DNA of 63,786 bases, counting the filler, from Octopus bimaculoides (taxonomy: Eukaryota), in assembly GCF_001194135.2 (NCBI RefSeq). It is 3 parts of 3 records of this genome, joined end to end, with 100 filler letters (N's around TTAATTAATTAA, not from the genome) between each part and the next. Parts side by side here need not be neighbours in the genome. Positions count along the whole stretch, not along the records: positions 1 to 30,784 come from NC_068982.1; 2 more parts are not named here. One strand, given 5' to 3'. Numbering within the stretch: position 1 is the first letter of the stretch; each line of letters starts with the position of its first letter. A program made the translations under genes and the position numbers. Below the pieces are notes generated by a model. It saw nothing but the letters and a program-made list of their open reading frames with translations. It had not been told where the DNA came from and did not search any database. Below, piece by piece: positions 1 to 14,879 of the stretch.

Positions 1-32
<32 letters not shown>

Positions 33-195
33 TAGGCAAGAAGTTGAAAAATTTCGTGGCTTTCCTGAGTTATAGTGTTGCACATATATATACAGACAAA
101 GAGACAGATACACATTCTTAGTTTTATATTCTGATATTTATATTCTTAGAAATGAAGGATATATCAAACGCATGAGAATAGCCTTGAAAACAGCT

Positions 196-434
196 TTGGA
201 AAATCGGGTAAAATACCCCTACAGACGGATAAAAGTGACCAGCAGATGTTATAGAGTTCTCCCATTTGGAGAGTTAATATTTAGCGTTTTATAATACGGT
301 AGCTATCGTCAAGGTTTGTGTAGCTCAATCATGCAGAGCGTTCAAACGGCGTTTGAGATGTACAGATGTAGATTCTTTGTAGCGGGTACTGGCCACTTTG
401 TCTCTCTATAAGGGTATTTTACCCGATTTTCTAA
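196..434. repeat. Small inverted-repeat (MITE-like) element, ~48-bp arms
   Basis: TTGGAAAATCGGGTAAAATACCCCTACAG at 196 is matched by the reverse complement of ...TATAAGGGTATTTTACCCGATTTTCTAA ending at 434; weaker pairing continues inward (AAAGTGACCAG / CTGGCCACTTT). Confidence 0.6.
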
Positions 435-556
435 AACATTTTTGACAACTATCCTCCGACGCTCGAGATTTCCTTCATTTCTAGAAAGTACGTGTATGTA
501 TATTTATGTACACAAACATGTTTATATGTACACATATATGCATGTATACACACGTT

Positions 557-658
<102 letters not shown>

Positions 659-773
659 TTTAGTTGATTTCTTTGTCATTTTAAATCCCTCTTCCCTTCT
701 GCTGTTCCATTTTTTCCGTTAGTAAATACAAAATGTTCTGCATGAAAAAAAAACTGGCAAAAAGCAAACTTAC

Positions 774-3700
774 ACGTCAAACAGAGAAAGTCCTGGTGGA
801 ATCACTGAATTCATCAATAAACAAAATCATCACTATCTTTTCGTCCCCTATCACACCTACCACACTCAAACTGTGCCAAATGATATGGTATCAGTCCCAG
901 GTATCATTACGCATTTTAGAAAGTTTTATCCATCATATCACTAACGCATATATTCTCTTCTCCAATTTGTCACATTTATAAGGCTACTACAGATGATACT
1001 CACACAGCCCAGAAAGTTTGCACAAAGCGTATGGCTTCAACAAGAACAAGAATAACGTACGCACAATTCTAACTAGTATCGGTGGCAGCAAGCTTACCCA
1101 CTCTATCTCTGTAAACCAGTTATACGTGAAACAGTTAGCATCTGTAAGCTATTAATAGGTTATCGACAGCGCATGGAAAATTTACTATTTTTCCGAATGG
1201 TATATCACAAAAACTTATCCTCTCACTCTTCATAATCTTTACCTACATGTCTTTGATACAACTCTTCAAAAATACATATTAACTAATGCACAAATGCATC
1301 ATGGACAAATCTTTTCATTCTTTCCTGAAAATAGTTGCTCAAATTCTCAAAATTTACATCAGCCAAATAGAAATTTGGCTCCAAAGAAAGAAGGCTTAGA
1401 GAGACGTCTCCTAAATTCCTTCTTGCCAGCAATGCTAGATAGTAATTACACTACCAATCATTACTCTCAACAGCAGCAGCACACATAAAGGACACAGGCG
1501 CTATATTTAGGAAAATAATGACTGTTCAAGTAACATAACCGATTTATTATAGTTAGTACCGGTTCATAGTTAAACCCCATGCTCTCCCCAACAAATAATC
1601 TACAAATAGAGCATTTTTTTGTTGTGTCATATTTCTGCTCAGATCACCAATACAAATTACAAGTAGTCAGCCATTCAAAACAAGGCAATGTTGCAATGAT
1701 TTTCTCCCCATGGATATGTTTTTATCAAGTGCTACCTCCAATGTTTTAAACTATTTCTTCACTGTCAAAATCTCACAAAACGCTATTAATCATCCGAATT
1801 CAGTTTGTGAGAAGACATGGTCAATAATATCTCTCCTCTTCTCAATTATTGAGAAAGATTCATGATCCTGAGAAGAAACCTTTAATCGGGCGCTTAATCC
1901 ACTGGAAATAGCAACCAATTTTCCCTCAAATTTTAACCTATTCCCTTTGAAAAGGAACGATAAACACAATAAAGTGACAGGATAGTCAATGCTACAATGC
2001 TTTTCATGATAGATCTTTCTGATAAGAGCTGTCTTGTTTCTTAACAACAACAATAACAATTGTCAAATTATCACAAACTCATTAGAAGAAAATTAAATTT
2101 TCCTGAAATTTAATGTTATTAATATTCAATACGTCTGAGTCATAGAGCTCCAGACCAAATTATTAACAGTAAATTAAGAATGTACTTCTTTCTTTTTACG
2201 CTTCCGTGTTGAGGTCTAACCGAAGGCGACTTTAGCCATGGTATAAGTATGGTCCATAAGAAATCAGTTGACAAACTAGATTCAATTTCGGTATTATCTT
2301 TTAGTGAATTCATTTCGCTTGTATCACGAATGTGCTTTAGAAATTCATGAAAATTATACGTTCTAAATTTCACTCCGTCGTCTTGACTAAAATAATAGAT
2401 CAATATTCTTCAATTCCAACGTGTCTAATTGATATTGTTTACAACTTAACATGCAGAAAGATGTTCTCTCTATAGCAGACGAATGTTAAACAATACGGAT
2501 TTCATGATAAAGCAAAACACCGTGCAAAGCTTCCTGTCTCAAATCATGCTTATATTCAACATTTTAGAAAGCAGATACGAGTTTTAAATCATAGTTATGA
2601 TAGTCAGTATTAAATTTAAATAACTGAAGAAACCAGCCAAGCCAGAAATAGCAACATAAAGCAAATTATTGAATTATAAACTATTCACATCTCATTATAA
2701 TTTTAGATAATTAAGAAAATTTGTCTTCGTTCTTACAAATTAATTGACAGCGAGGACAACGTTTCTTCGAAATATTCTTTTTTCAAGCTTCAAATATCTG
2801 AAATTTGAACGCCATTATTTCTATTAATTGACCTATTAAAAGTAATGATGCAAATATGTTGCTTCTCTGATTTAGTTATGTTTTTGCTCAGAAGCATTAT
2901 AATTTTGTTTAGCATGACATTAGTTGTCATTCCAACAGCAATGTAATTTCTCTTTCTGTGGGTTTCTACCGTAGTTAGGTTCGACGTCACAGCTGAAGTA
3001 AAACAGAAAGCAATAGGATATCAAACAATATGATCACTGTAAGATAACATAGTTAACTCCCGATCGCACCAATTAATGGCAATGTTTCAATTTCTGAACG
3101 TAGATTCTTCATTTCACACGCATCAGCATCTCGCCTACCATTACCTTTCTCCTAAAGTGAATACTGCATCCATAAAATACTTCTGATTACAAATAATCAA
3201 ACTACATTCCTTCTGAAATAATTGTACTTTATCACAAATTTTGCATAGACTACTGCTGAGCGCCAAGTAAACTCAGCTTTTAATTCCTTTCTCTTTCTCT
3301 CATGCGCTTGACAAAAATATACTTCTCGCACAAATTTTATTTACCTTCACTTTGAAGGCGTATGGCTTAATGGTTAGGATATTCGGCTCATCGTCGTTCA
3401 GTTCGATTCCTAACAGTGCGTTGTGTCCTTGAGTAAGACACTTTATTTCGCGTTTGCTCCAGTCCACTCAGCGGGCAAAAAAGAGCTGTACCTGTATTTC
3501 AAAGGGCTAACCTTGTCACATAATGTCACACTGAATCTCCCTAAGAACTACGTTAAGAGTACGCGTTTCTGTTGGGGCGCTCAGTCACTTGCAAGCGAAT
3601 TTCACGAGCGCAAAGGTCGAATCAACTGGAACCCTCGGCGTTGTAACCGACGGAGTGCCAGTTATTTACCTTCTCTGCAATTATGAAGGCTTGTATAGAT

Positions 3701-3864
3701 CTAAGAAATCAATAGCATAACAACCTTCAGAGATCATGGATTCAATGCCAAACAATTTCCTATGCAGAGGTGAGAAGAAACGATGGAGTACTGGACTCTA
3801 ATTGAAATATATCAATAACCATGAAAAGTTAACAATTAAAATCCTCATCTCAAAGTAAGGCATG

Positions 3865-3896
<32 letters not shown>

Positions 3897-4500
3897 ATCT
3901 CTCTCTCTCTCGGTAACACCACTTCCTAAACAACATATAATACATATAACTGAATCTAATTGTGCGTGCAAGATTTTCATAGCTGAATACATTTTTAACC
4001 CTGAAAGATTACATTTTGTTGATGAAGTCCACAAACGCTCCAGCATCAGTCACAGAGTATTCGACTGAATCTAAAAGAAAATCATCAAATTGAAGTGCTT
4101 TGTCTAAAATCTCTTCATACATATTAAGCTTTTCTACAATGTTCTATAAGCACCCTACTCTAGGAGTCTGAAAAAAGAATATCCATATCCGCTTATTTTT
4201 TTAAGTTTTGATAAGTGTGTTTATCTAGACCTCTTCTTTTTACATCATATATCATTTCTTTTCCAAATAATCACAAAATCTAAGATTACATTGGTATATA
4301 AAATTCTTTTGTGAACTAATTAGAAATAAAGTGGAATTCTTAGTAATGTATCGACAGTGCTTTTCCATTGATTCGAAAACAATCGAGCTTCTCTTTCAGA
4401 GAATAAATCTTTCACCATTTGCCATAATACCGGCATTTGTCGTTTTTATTTCCCTCATTAGCCAGTCACTTCTCTTAACGGACGCTCGTAGATTTCTTCT
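774..4500 (-). pseudogene. RNF213: Decayed RNF213/mysterin-like coding region, downstream part of the N-terminal arm
   Basis: Hand-translated minus-strand peptides occur in the same order as motifs I recall from human RNF213: SDWLMREIK (4444-4470) ~ KRWLREVFTK; FEMRILIVNFSW (~3818-3856) ~ FGIVLSAVITKSW; KELKAEFTWRSAVV (3248-3289) ~ VEEALDWRREEL; LSSIAGKKE (1416-1442) ~ LMLMSGKKD; FEQLFSG...DAFVH (1286-1343) ~ FSEVF...QAFIDL. Many stops and frameshifts. A consensus GTAAGT donor follows 774. Confidence 0.6.
3354..3663 (+). mobile_element. tRNA-headed SINE with CORE-like central block, inserted in the RNF213-like remnant
   Basis: A-box TGGCTTAATGG, B-box GTTCGATTCC, then TTGTGTCCTTGAGTAAGACACTT; the same block occurs at ~41700 and ~61975. 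Confidence 0.8.
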
Positions 4501-4506
4501 CTACAT

Positions 4507-4537
<31 letters not shown>

Positions 4538-4670
4538 NNNNNNNNNNNNNNNNNNNNNNNNNNNNNNNNNNNNNNNNNNNNNNNNNNNNNNNNNNNNNNN
4601 NNNNNNNNNNNNNNNNNNNNNNNNNNNNNNNNNNNNNNNNNNNNNNNNNNNNNNNNNNNNNNNNNNNNNN

Positions 4671-4728
<58 letters not shown>

Positions 4729-5548
4729 AAGTGTATATACGTACAAACACATTATGTATGCATTATAAACACACAGACACATTTCAGAACAGAGTCAATT
4801 CCTTACGCAAGTAATCCCATGTGTCTGCGTGCATGAGTATATTTCTGCACGTATATATGAATATGTGTTATGTTTGTATGTATGTTTCTATGTATGTATG
4901 TATGTATGCATGCATGCATCCATGCATGTGTGTGTGTGTCTGTATCGATTTCTTTTTACTAGCAGAGTCATTGACAACAAAAACATTGTTTCAGCTTTTA
5001 ATGGAATAAAATAACTCTAAATTCAATTGACTTTTAAAATACGTTGGTTAGACAAAGAAGAATTTTATAAGTAGTTTATTTTATTACCCTCTATAATGAC
5101 TTACTAACTTTACGATAACGCAGGTTAAACCATAAAACATTTGAGAAGAAGCAATAATGTTTTGCCAGCTGTACTGTGGCCGCTAAAACTATCGAACTGT
5201 GATGATAATATTCTTAACTTTAAAACCAACTTTTTAAAATCTCGCGTACACTTAGCACGCATTCACTTCTTTCCTCGTGTCATCAAGCATGTATATATTT
5301 CTGTGCGTATACAATAATATTTGCCTTTATGCATTTGCATATATGAATTTGATCTCTCCGTGTGTGGTTACTTGAACAAGTTTGATGTTCAGTCATTTCC
5401 TAATTTCTTGCATTACGTTCAAATTGCGTAAAGTGGGTGTGTGTGTTAGTTTTCTAAACATACGGCGATACACTCAAACCACAATCACACAGGTTATTCT
5501 TGCCATTAATATAATATTTCATACCACAGAAACTTGATAATACTGCAA

Positions 5549-6883
<1,335 letters not shown>

Positions 6884-6916
6884 GATGAAAATAATGATGA
6901 TGATGATGATGATCAT

Positions 6917-6983
<67 letters not shown>

Positions 6984-6984
6984 G

Positions 6985-7110
6985 AACTAACCAAAATAAA
7001 CAGGAAAACAAGTAAAATAATGACAGGATCTAAGATGCACCACCCAAAATCTTACATAGAAAGGTTATATATACAACGTATAGAAGGTGGTAGAGGCCTT
7101 ATACAGCTGT
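6985..7110 (+). mobile_element. R4/Dong-type non-LTR retrotransposon fragment (post-RT region)
   Basis: Translates ...KIMTGSKMHHPKSYIERLYIQRIEGGRGLIQL, the HP..D..RLY..R..GGRGL motif; starts directly after (AAT)n. Confidence 0.75.
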
Positions 7111-7254
7111 TCGCTCCCTTGTTTGCAATATAACGGTCACAAGTGTATCGTTAACTAGCTGGAGACATCCTCCTGGAGTTAAAAAGAATAGTAACTGTGT
7201 TCTGTGCGGAACAATCACGTTGAGGTGGCAACAACCATTAATCGTACGTGTTTG

Positions 7255-7334
<80 letters not shown>

Positions 7335-7337
7335 AAT

Positions 7338-7376
<39 letters not shown>

Positions 7377-8137
7377 TCTTTCAATAATCTCTAAAACTTT
7401 GAACTATTTGATATGCTATAATCCATTTGTCACTCGAAACAATTGAATTTTCTGTTATCATTTAGTAGTGTATTTCAAGAGAATAACAACATAGAACCTT
7501 TATTGGTAGCATATTCATAATATTAACAGAAAATAATACTGGCATATATTTCTATCTCCTCATAAATCAAGAAAAATTCAATAAATAAAATTACAACGTA
7601 GAATATACTAAAACTCCCAGAACTTATTTTTGATTTAAAATACTCCATTTACTTTTGTTGTAAATTATTTTCTGTGCGGTGCAACAAACACTGATCAGCG
7701 ACGTAATTGAAGTTTGTGTAACATGAATAACAACGCCTGCATCACATTTTCTTTACATAATATCAGCTGTACTTATACATATTGTATCCTTCACATGTGC
7801 TCTACATTCTCAATGCATCTGCAAATTGTTAAAGGAAAAACATGTTGCACCAGACCTCGTTTTTTTATGCCACCAAATCGACGCGGACCTTTGATGACAT
7901 TTTTTCTAAAGGAATTTTCGTGAGAGAATGCAATAGTGATTTCCTGTTGCCTTCATGGGGCAATTCTCACAACATGCTATCTCGTCGATTTAATGCTGAC
8001 ATCGTCGCCACAATTGCGTGGGCACATAGAATATAGAGAGTAGAAACTTTTTAGATTTTGCCAGATTACCAAATTTACTATTCTCTGTATGACTGCTTTC
8101 CACTGTATCAGAATGTTTTCCATTTATAACATAAACA

Positions 8138-8340
8138 TTCGCCATGATTGATCGCTGACCACTACATTTATATTTGTTCTCCTTGTTTCTCTCCTTGTTT
8201 CTTTGTGTTCCTTTCAGTTGAAGAGCGTAGGCTCGAAACGTCAAAGACTTTCTCTATTCCCGAGCGTTAAACTAATACATCCAATTTTTGTTTACACCAC
8301 CTGTCTTCGTCTGTTGTTGTTTTTTTTCGTAAATTCTCCC
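8138..8340 (+). mobile_element. Short dispersed repeat with a minimal hammerhead-like motif at 8211-8246 (copy 1 of 3)
   Basis: Similar to 23468-23613 and 30578-30756 (both minus). Motif CTTT-CAGTTGA-A-GAGC-GTAG-GCTC-GAAA-CGTC-AAAG. Confidence 0.75.
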
Positions 8341-10595
8341 ATATAATATAAACTACATCGATTCATAATTTTGCATCTCCATTTCATTTTAATACATTTA
8401 ATATATTATGTACGCGTGTGTACGTATCTGTATGCATATCTGCGTTTGTATGTGTGTGTGAGTCTATGCTCATATATACACTGTATTGTGATATATTACT
8501 ATTTATAGTACGTTAGTATCAACAGCAGATATACATGTCTATATGTATATTTCCATGTGTCAGTAATATCTTTGTGTATCAATATATATTTATGAAATAT
8601 TCTACAGAATAATCTCATGATTATTTTTTATTACTGCGTTAATGAAATGAAATTTCACAAATGGCTGATCTTATAAATTCAATACTGTTTCGGAGAAAAG
8701 GTTTATTGAATGACTACACGTCTTTGTGTTCAATGAACTATTTTTTTATTTATGTATCCATGAGAGTAATATATCCAACCACACATGCGCGTGTGTATAT
8801 TTTAATTTTAGAGGTTGTTATTTTAAAGGAACTTTAAAGTTAACAGTGAGGCAGTTACTAATGGAGAGGGAACAGTATTAAAAACAGGGTAAAATTCTAT
8901 TAATGGAAATACACACACACACACAAATATATATGCATGTATATATATATATATACATACATGCATACATACATACATACATACATACATACATACATAC
9001 ATACATACACACATACATACATACGCTCCACAGCCATACACAACCACACAAACACATATATGTAAGATATGTGTATCTTTTTCCTTTTTTCTGTTTTTTT
9101 TTCTTTTTACTTGAAGCACTGTGCTACACAAAATTTTACTTTGTTTGGAAAGCTTCTTATAATGTAAAAGAATGAAAAAATACCAAAGTACCAAGAATGT
9201 ATTTCATTCAGTTCTTTATCTATTTTAGTCTATTGATGGATATTACTTCAAATAGAAAGAAATATTAAATTATCCCTAACGTACCATCTTAATACTTTGA
9301 TGCTACTTTGATATCTATGCACTCTTTTGCATTGTAAGAAATTTGTATGTATATATANNNNNNNNNNNNNNNNNNNNNNNNNNNNNNNNNNNNNNNNNNN
9401 NNNNNNNNNNNNNNNNNNNNNNNNNNNNNNNNNNNNNNNNNNNNNNNNNNNNNNNNNNNNNNNNNNNNNNNNNNNNNNNNNNNNNNNNNNNNNNNNNNNN
9501 NNNNNNNNNNNNNNNNNNNNNNNNNNNNNNNNNNNNNNNNNNNNNNNNNNNNNNNNNNNNNNNNNNNNNNNNNNNNNNNNNNNNNNNNNNNNNNNNNNNN
9601 NNNNNNNNNNNNNNNNNNNNNNNNNNNNNNNNNNNNNNNNNNNNNNNNNNNNNNNNNNNNNNNNNNNNNNNNNNNNNNNNNNNNNNNNNNNNNNNNNNNN
9701 NNNNNNNNNNNNNNNNNNNNNNNNNNNNNNNNNNNNNNNNNNNNNNNNNNNNNNNNNNNNNNNNNNNNNNNNNNNNNNNNNNNNNNNNNNNNNNNNNNNN
9801 NNNNNNNNNNNNNNNNNNNNNNNNNNNNNNNNNNNNNNNNNNNNNNNNNNNNNNNNNNNNNNNNNNNNNNNNNNNNNNNNNNNNNNNNNNNNNNNNNNNN
9901 NNNNNNNNNNNNNNNNNNNNNNNNNNNNNNNNNNNNNNNNNNNNNNNNNNNNNNNNNNNNNNNNNNNNNNNNNNNNNNNNNNNNNNNNNNNNNNNNNNNN
10001 NNNNNNNNNNNNNNNNNNNNNNNNNNNNNNNNNNNNNNNNNNNNNNNNNNNNNNNNNNNNNNNNNNNNNNNNNNNNNNNNNNNNNNNNNNNNNNNNNNNN
10101 NNNNNNNNNNNNNNNNNNNNNNNNNNNNNNNNNNNNNNNNNNNNNNNNNNNNNNNNNNNNNNNNNNNNNNNNNNNNNNNNNNNNNNNNNNNNNNNNNNNN
10201 NNNNNNNNNNNNNNNNNNNNNNNNNNNNNNNNNNNNNNNNNNNNNNNNNNNNNNNNNNNNNNNNNNNNNNNNNNNNNNNNNNNNNNNNNNNNNNNNNNNN
10301 NNNNNNNNNNNNNNNNNNNNNNNNNNNNNNNNNNNNNNNNNNNNNNAAAAGTCTTCGTTTTGGCGCGCTAATTCCAGGAATATGTCTGCAGAAAATATTT
10401 ACTGCGTCGTATATATCCAGTATGAGAAATCGGTAATGGGTAATATATTATTATAAAATATGGTAATTAATCATATATTAATTAATATCGATTAATTACC
10501 AGGAAGCTAGCACATTTAAAGAATCAAAGAGATTCAGAAATAGTATCTGCAATCTCAGGGGATTAAAGTACATTTTTATATATAACGTTGACCAC

Positions 10596-10658
<63 letters not shown>

Positions 10659-11049
10659 GTTATCATTATAAAGGTCGTAACCTAGCTGAATCGTTGGCAC
10701 GCTGGACAAATTGCTTGGCAGTCTTTTTCCCAGCCTATGTTCTGAGTTAAAATTCGGCTGAGTTCGACTTCGCCTTACATCCTTCAAAGTCGATAAAATG
10801 AGTACCAGTTCAGCACTTCTCGTCTGCGCTCCAGGTGTAACAGCTGGGAACTGCGCGGCCTACCGGCACGAGAGTTTTTGCACATACGCAGAAAGAGTGA
10901 CGTCACCTAAAGAATTTTGCCCATGCGGTATTAGTTTTGATGGGAAAAAATAACGTCGAATAATTTTCGAACCCACCTCGTACTTCTGATAGCCAGTGCA
11001 ATCCATGATGGGCCATTTTTCTCTTTTGTTAGTATTCAGCTATGTCATG

Positions 11050-11410
11050 TTTGTTAGTAATTAATCAATTAAACTTCACACCCATATGAATTCTCCAGCA
11101 TCTCTTCAAGTCTTTCTGAAAACAGATTTTTTTCTGAGGTGTTTATTGTTTGCCATGTTATTGTAGTTAAGGCTTTGTAGGCTGCAGGAATTTTGGTCAT
11201 GAGTCTGTAACTTTAGGGTTTGAAGTTTCATTCGTCATGGAGATTAAGATGATTTTCCCCTCTCTGAGTCCGTTACGGTGGTATTTATTGAATATTTCTA
11301 TGAGAACCTTACGTGTCCCTGTTAGATATTTTAACTGAAAGTTTGGAATCAAATCGTGTTCAGGTATCTATCTTTTTTATGCTATATTTTTTTAATCGTT
11401 GTCTCTCAGT
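11050..11410 (-). mobile_element. Degenerate R4/Dong-type RT N-terminal fragment
   Basis: Minus-strand translation gives PEHDLIPNFQLKYL...IFNKY...GKIILI and YKALTTI, with frameshifts. Confidence 0.5.
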
Positions 11411-11450
11411 TTTCCGTTTTTATCCTATCGTTATTAATTTATATGATGAC

Positions 11451-11489
<39 letters not shown>

Positions 11490-11494
11490 AACGG

Positions 11495-11870
11495 GATGTT
11501 GTTGCGGTAAGAAAAGGGAGGAACATGCAAGATAATCGACATAGCATGTCCCGGTGACAACAGGACAAAGGAGAAAGAAGAAAAAATAAACAGCAATGAC
11601 GATTTGAAGTGGGAAATGCGAAGTTGTGATGCTAATAGTAACTGGCGCACTAGGAAGTATCAGCACTCAGCTACCAGCTTGGCTCAAAAAGATTGGTACA
11701 AGTGTGAAGGTAGAACACCTACAAAAATCAGCATTGCTTGGAACTGCAAGAATTCTTCTCAGGCTTCTTGAAGCATCACCAGTAAACAAGTGTCACTTTA
11801 GTCTGCTTGCTGTGGATAGCTGATACTTTCCATCATATCCAGCAAAATTAGCTTTGAGCTTGCATCAAAT
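11495..11870 (+). mobile_element. R4/Dong-type LINE 3' end (RLE endonuclease C-terminus plus 3' UTR)
   Basis: IVTGALGSIS...EHLQKSALLGTARILLRLLE (ORF 11626-11823); preceded by (GAT)n and followed by AAT repeats. Confidence 0.8.
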
Positions 11871-11889
11871 AATAATGGCAATAATAATA

Positions 11890-12239
11890 TCAAGAGGAAT
11901 ATAAAAGAAAACTGAGTTTTTACCAAAAAGTAATAATGACCTGGAAATAGAGGCAACTCGAATGTGGAATCTAAAAACAGAAACAATTCCTATCATAGTA
12001 GGCGCCTTAGGTAGGATAAAAAAATATTCACACAAATACATAACAAAAACACCAGGACTTACAAATATATATAACATACAGAAAATTGCACTACTGGGCA
12101 CTGCACACATCTTACGCAAAACACTTTCAATACAGTAACCATAAGAGCATCACAGCAAACCACAGCACATACCCAAGGCACACAGTGCTGCGCTCGTTAG
12201 TGAATTGAAAGCACATTATAAAAATAAAACTACTGAATG

Positions 12240-12240
<1 letters not shown>
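11890..12240 (+). mobile_element. Second R4/Dong-type LINE 3' end, tandem with the previous one
   Basis: TETIPIIVGALG..KKYSHKYITKTPG...IQKIALLGTAHILRKTLS, followed by a 3' UTR and an (AAT)n tail. Confidence 0.8.
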
Positions 12241-12282
<42 letters not shown>

Positions 12283-12283
<1 letters not shown>

Positions 12284-12490
12284 CTGTTCTACTAGGACTG
12301 AAACTTGTGGGGGGAGAACTAGTCAATTTCATCGTCCCCAGTGTTCCACTGGTACTTAATTTATGAACCTCGAAAGGATGGAAGCCGAAGTCGACGTCGG
12401 CAGAATTTGAACTCAGAACGTAGCGACGCACGAAATATCACTAAGCATTTCGTCTACCGGTGCCCACGATTCTGCCAGGTCGCTGCCTTG
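12283..12490 (-). mobile_element. tRNA-derived SINE (family of 45491-45712)
   Basis: Reverse complement matches the 45491 copy (GTTCTGAGTTCAAATTC.GCCGA.GTCGACTT.GC.TT.CATCCTTT). Confidence 0.8.
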
Positions 12491-12683
12491 CATAAAGGCG
12501 CAAGACAAGATGGAAAAAAACAGCAGTATTCGAATACCAAAGGCAAAACAATCTATTATCTTATTAAAGCCGTATTTCTCAGAGCTTCACATGACCGTTC
12601 GTCAGACAGTTATGATAGTACACTGACTCGTGAAATTCTGAGTAACAGTCAGAGAAGATTTTTCGGTTTTAATAAATTTGTGC

Positions 12684-12738
<55 letters not shown>

Positions 12739-12869
12739 NNNNNNNNNNNNNNNNNNNNNNNNNNNNNNNNNNNNNNNNNNNNNNNNNNNNNNNNNNNNNN
12801 NNNNNNNNNNNNNNNNNNNNNNNNNNNTGTGTGTGTGTGTGTGTGTGCGCGCGCGCGCGCAATATTTTA

Positions 12870-13665
12870 TTCAATTAGTTTTATATGTTTACATTTTTAT
12901 CACCTTCAAAGTATTCTCCATTTGAAGCAATGCATCGATCCAGACGCGTTTTCCAATGTTAGAAGCAGTGCTGGAACTCTTGCGAAGTGATGCCTTTTAA
13001 CACTTCCGTCGTTTTTTTCTTCATCTCTTCCACATCTGCAAATTCCTTAGCACCAGCTTTTGTCACCAGTGATGACCTTCGAAAAAAGGTCCAGATCAAT
13101 TTCCAACTGTCCTTTCAGTTCACGATACGTATATAGTCGTGCTTTTGATATTCCGAGAGCAAACGAGGCAAAAATTTTGCTGCAAATATTTTCATTCGAA
13201 ATTCTTCACTCAGAATTCGTTGGCAGGTGTTCCAGGGCACAGCAGTCATATCAACAAGTTCGTCAATTGTTCGGTGACAGTCCTCCAAGATCAGTTCATG
13301 AGTTTTCATTCGTTCGGGAGGTCGACGGTCGTCCTAAACGAGGTTGGTCTTTAAGCGACAAGTGACCATTCCTAAAGCATGAAAACCACTCGTAAACTTG
13401 TGTTTGCTCATGACAAACATGTTTCGAAACATGTTTCGACCGCTGTTTTCCCCAGCAGAAAACAGAATTTTACGGAAGCACGCTGTTCCTTCGTTTCAGC
13501 CATCGAAAAAATCGATGAAGAGGAGAGAAGCACTACAAAACAAAGACGCACCACGTGGCAGTAAAACTACACTCGACGACGCTGGTCAGCATACTGATGC
13601 CTGAAGGTCGCTTCACGTGGCTCCTAGCAGAGAAAGCCTGAACTACAAAGGGCTTGTCCCACAGA
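12870..13665 (-). mobile_element. Internally deleted mariner transposon remnant
   Basis: ORF 13115-13309 ...RTIDELVDM...CQRILSEEFRMK..AAKFLPRLL, and C-terminal EFADVEEMKKKTTEVLK...WKTRLDRCIASNGEYFEG at ~12905-13045. Confidence 0.8.
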
Positions 13666-14879
13666 GAACGTTTTCGCTCGTATGTGCAAGCACGTGTGTG
13701 TATGTATTTTCATGTGCCTGTAAGCCTGTATTTAAGTATGCAGGTGTGATTGTTGGTGTGCTTATTTCAATATATTTCCATAATCTCTCATTCATAATAT
13801 TCTGCTCAAATCCTTTTTTAAAAAATAGACGACTTTTCCAAGCACATTCATATACAAAGTATCACATATAAAAAAAAAAAAGTCAGGTTCCGTTGTGTCT
13901 CAGTTCAAGGAACATGTGTCGTCTTGCTCTCAAAAATTTTTACTATTTTATATTATTTGCAGAAAAATTGATTTTCTGAAGATATATATCTTTAAAAGAT
14001 TTCTTTTATTTAAAGTCATGATAGAAAATGTTTTTCCAGCTTAAAGTAAATTTCCAATTTTAAATAAATTTTCGAAAGTATTTCTATTTTTTTAATTTTC
14101 TCATTTAATTATTTGGATTACAATTGTAAAAACAGTCACAATTCGATTTCAGTTTACTTTTTCATGCTGAGTTTCTTATAGATATGTTAACGCTTTTGTC
14201 ATGAGTAGTGAATGTCAAATACATAATTCAACTTTTATCTATATCATTTTCAATTCTGGATTCACGCGGTTCAACTATTGCAGTTATTCTTCTCGGAATT
14301 TTAATATAAACGTCAGTCAAGTACTGATATCATTTAAACAGACTTTATCATCAACGAAAATGTGTTACTTATATCTTAAGTTAAATTTCGTTTTTTTTTT
14401 TTTTTTAATTTTTGAACAATAAAAATTACATACTACTTCAGTGTCTATCAAACATCATTAAAACGAGATTGACACGCAGCTCATACCACCAATCAATGAA
14501 ATAAATACCCGGTTCAAATAAGAAGAATCCTGAAACAAGAAGTTACAGCATCACATCTTGTTTAAAGCAAAACGGCAGTCAAGTCACCCTTAAACAGTAT
14601 TCTGTTTGTATTTAAACATGAACTACACATTGGATTAAATAGACCTGAATATATATTATGCATGAGGAAAAGATGGAACGTTTACGGTTTCACGGTTAGA
14701 AGGCTTATAACCATAGATTAGTTAGATTAGGGCCATCTCGGGACATAAGAACAGATACTCACAATTGAATCACACTCTCCCATTGCAAATAAGATTGTGT
14801 GTGTGGGTGTGTGTATGTGTCTTTATGTGTGTATGTGCATATTAATATTTGTTTTTATGCTCACTTATAATAAAGCCAA

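Noticed and set aside
7714-8036. Non-repetitive, coding-looking ORFs at 7714-8036
   Set aside because: No recognisable motif in any frame and no convincing splice signals.
9327-10456. Long 300+ aa ORFs (also 52131-53271, 54375-55166, 57001-57802)
   Set aside because: They are open only because they span N gaps.
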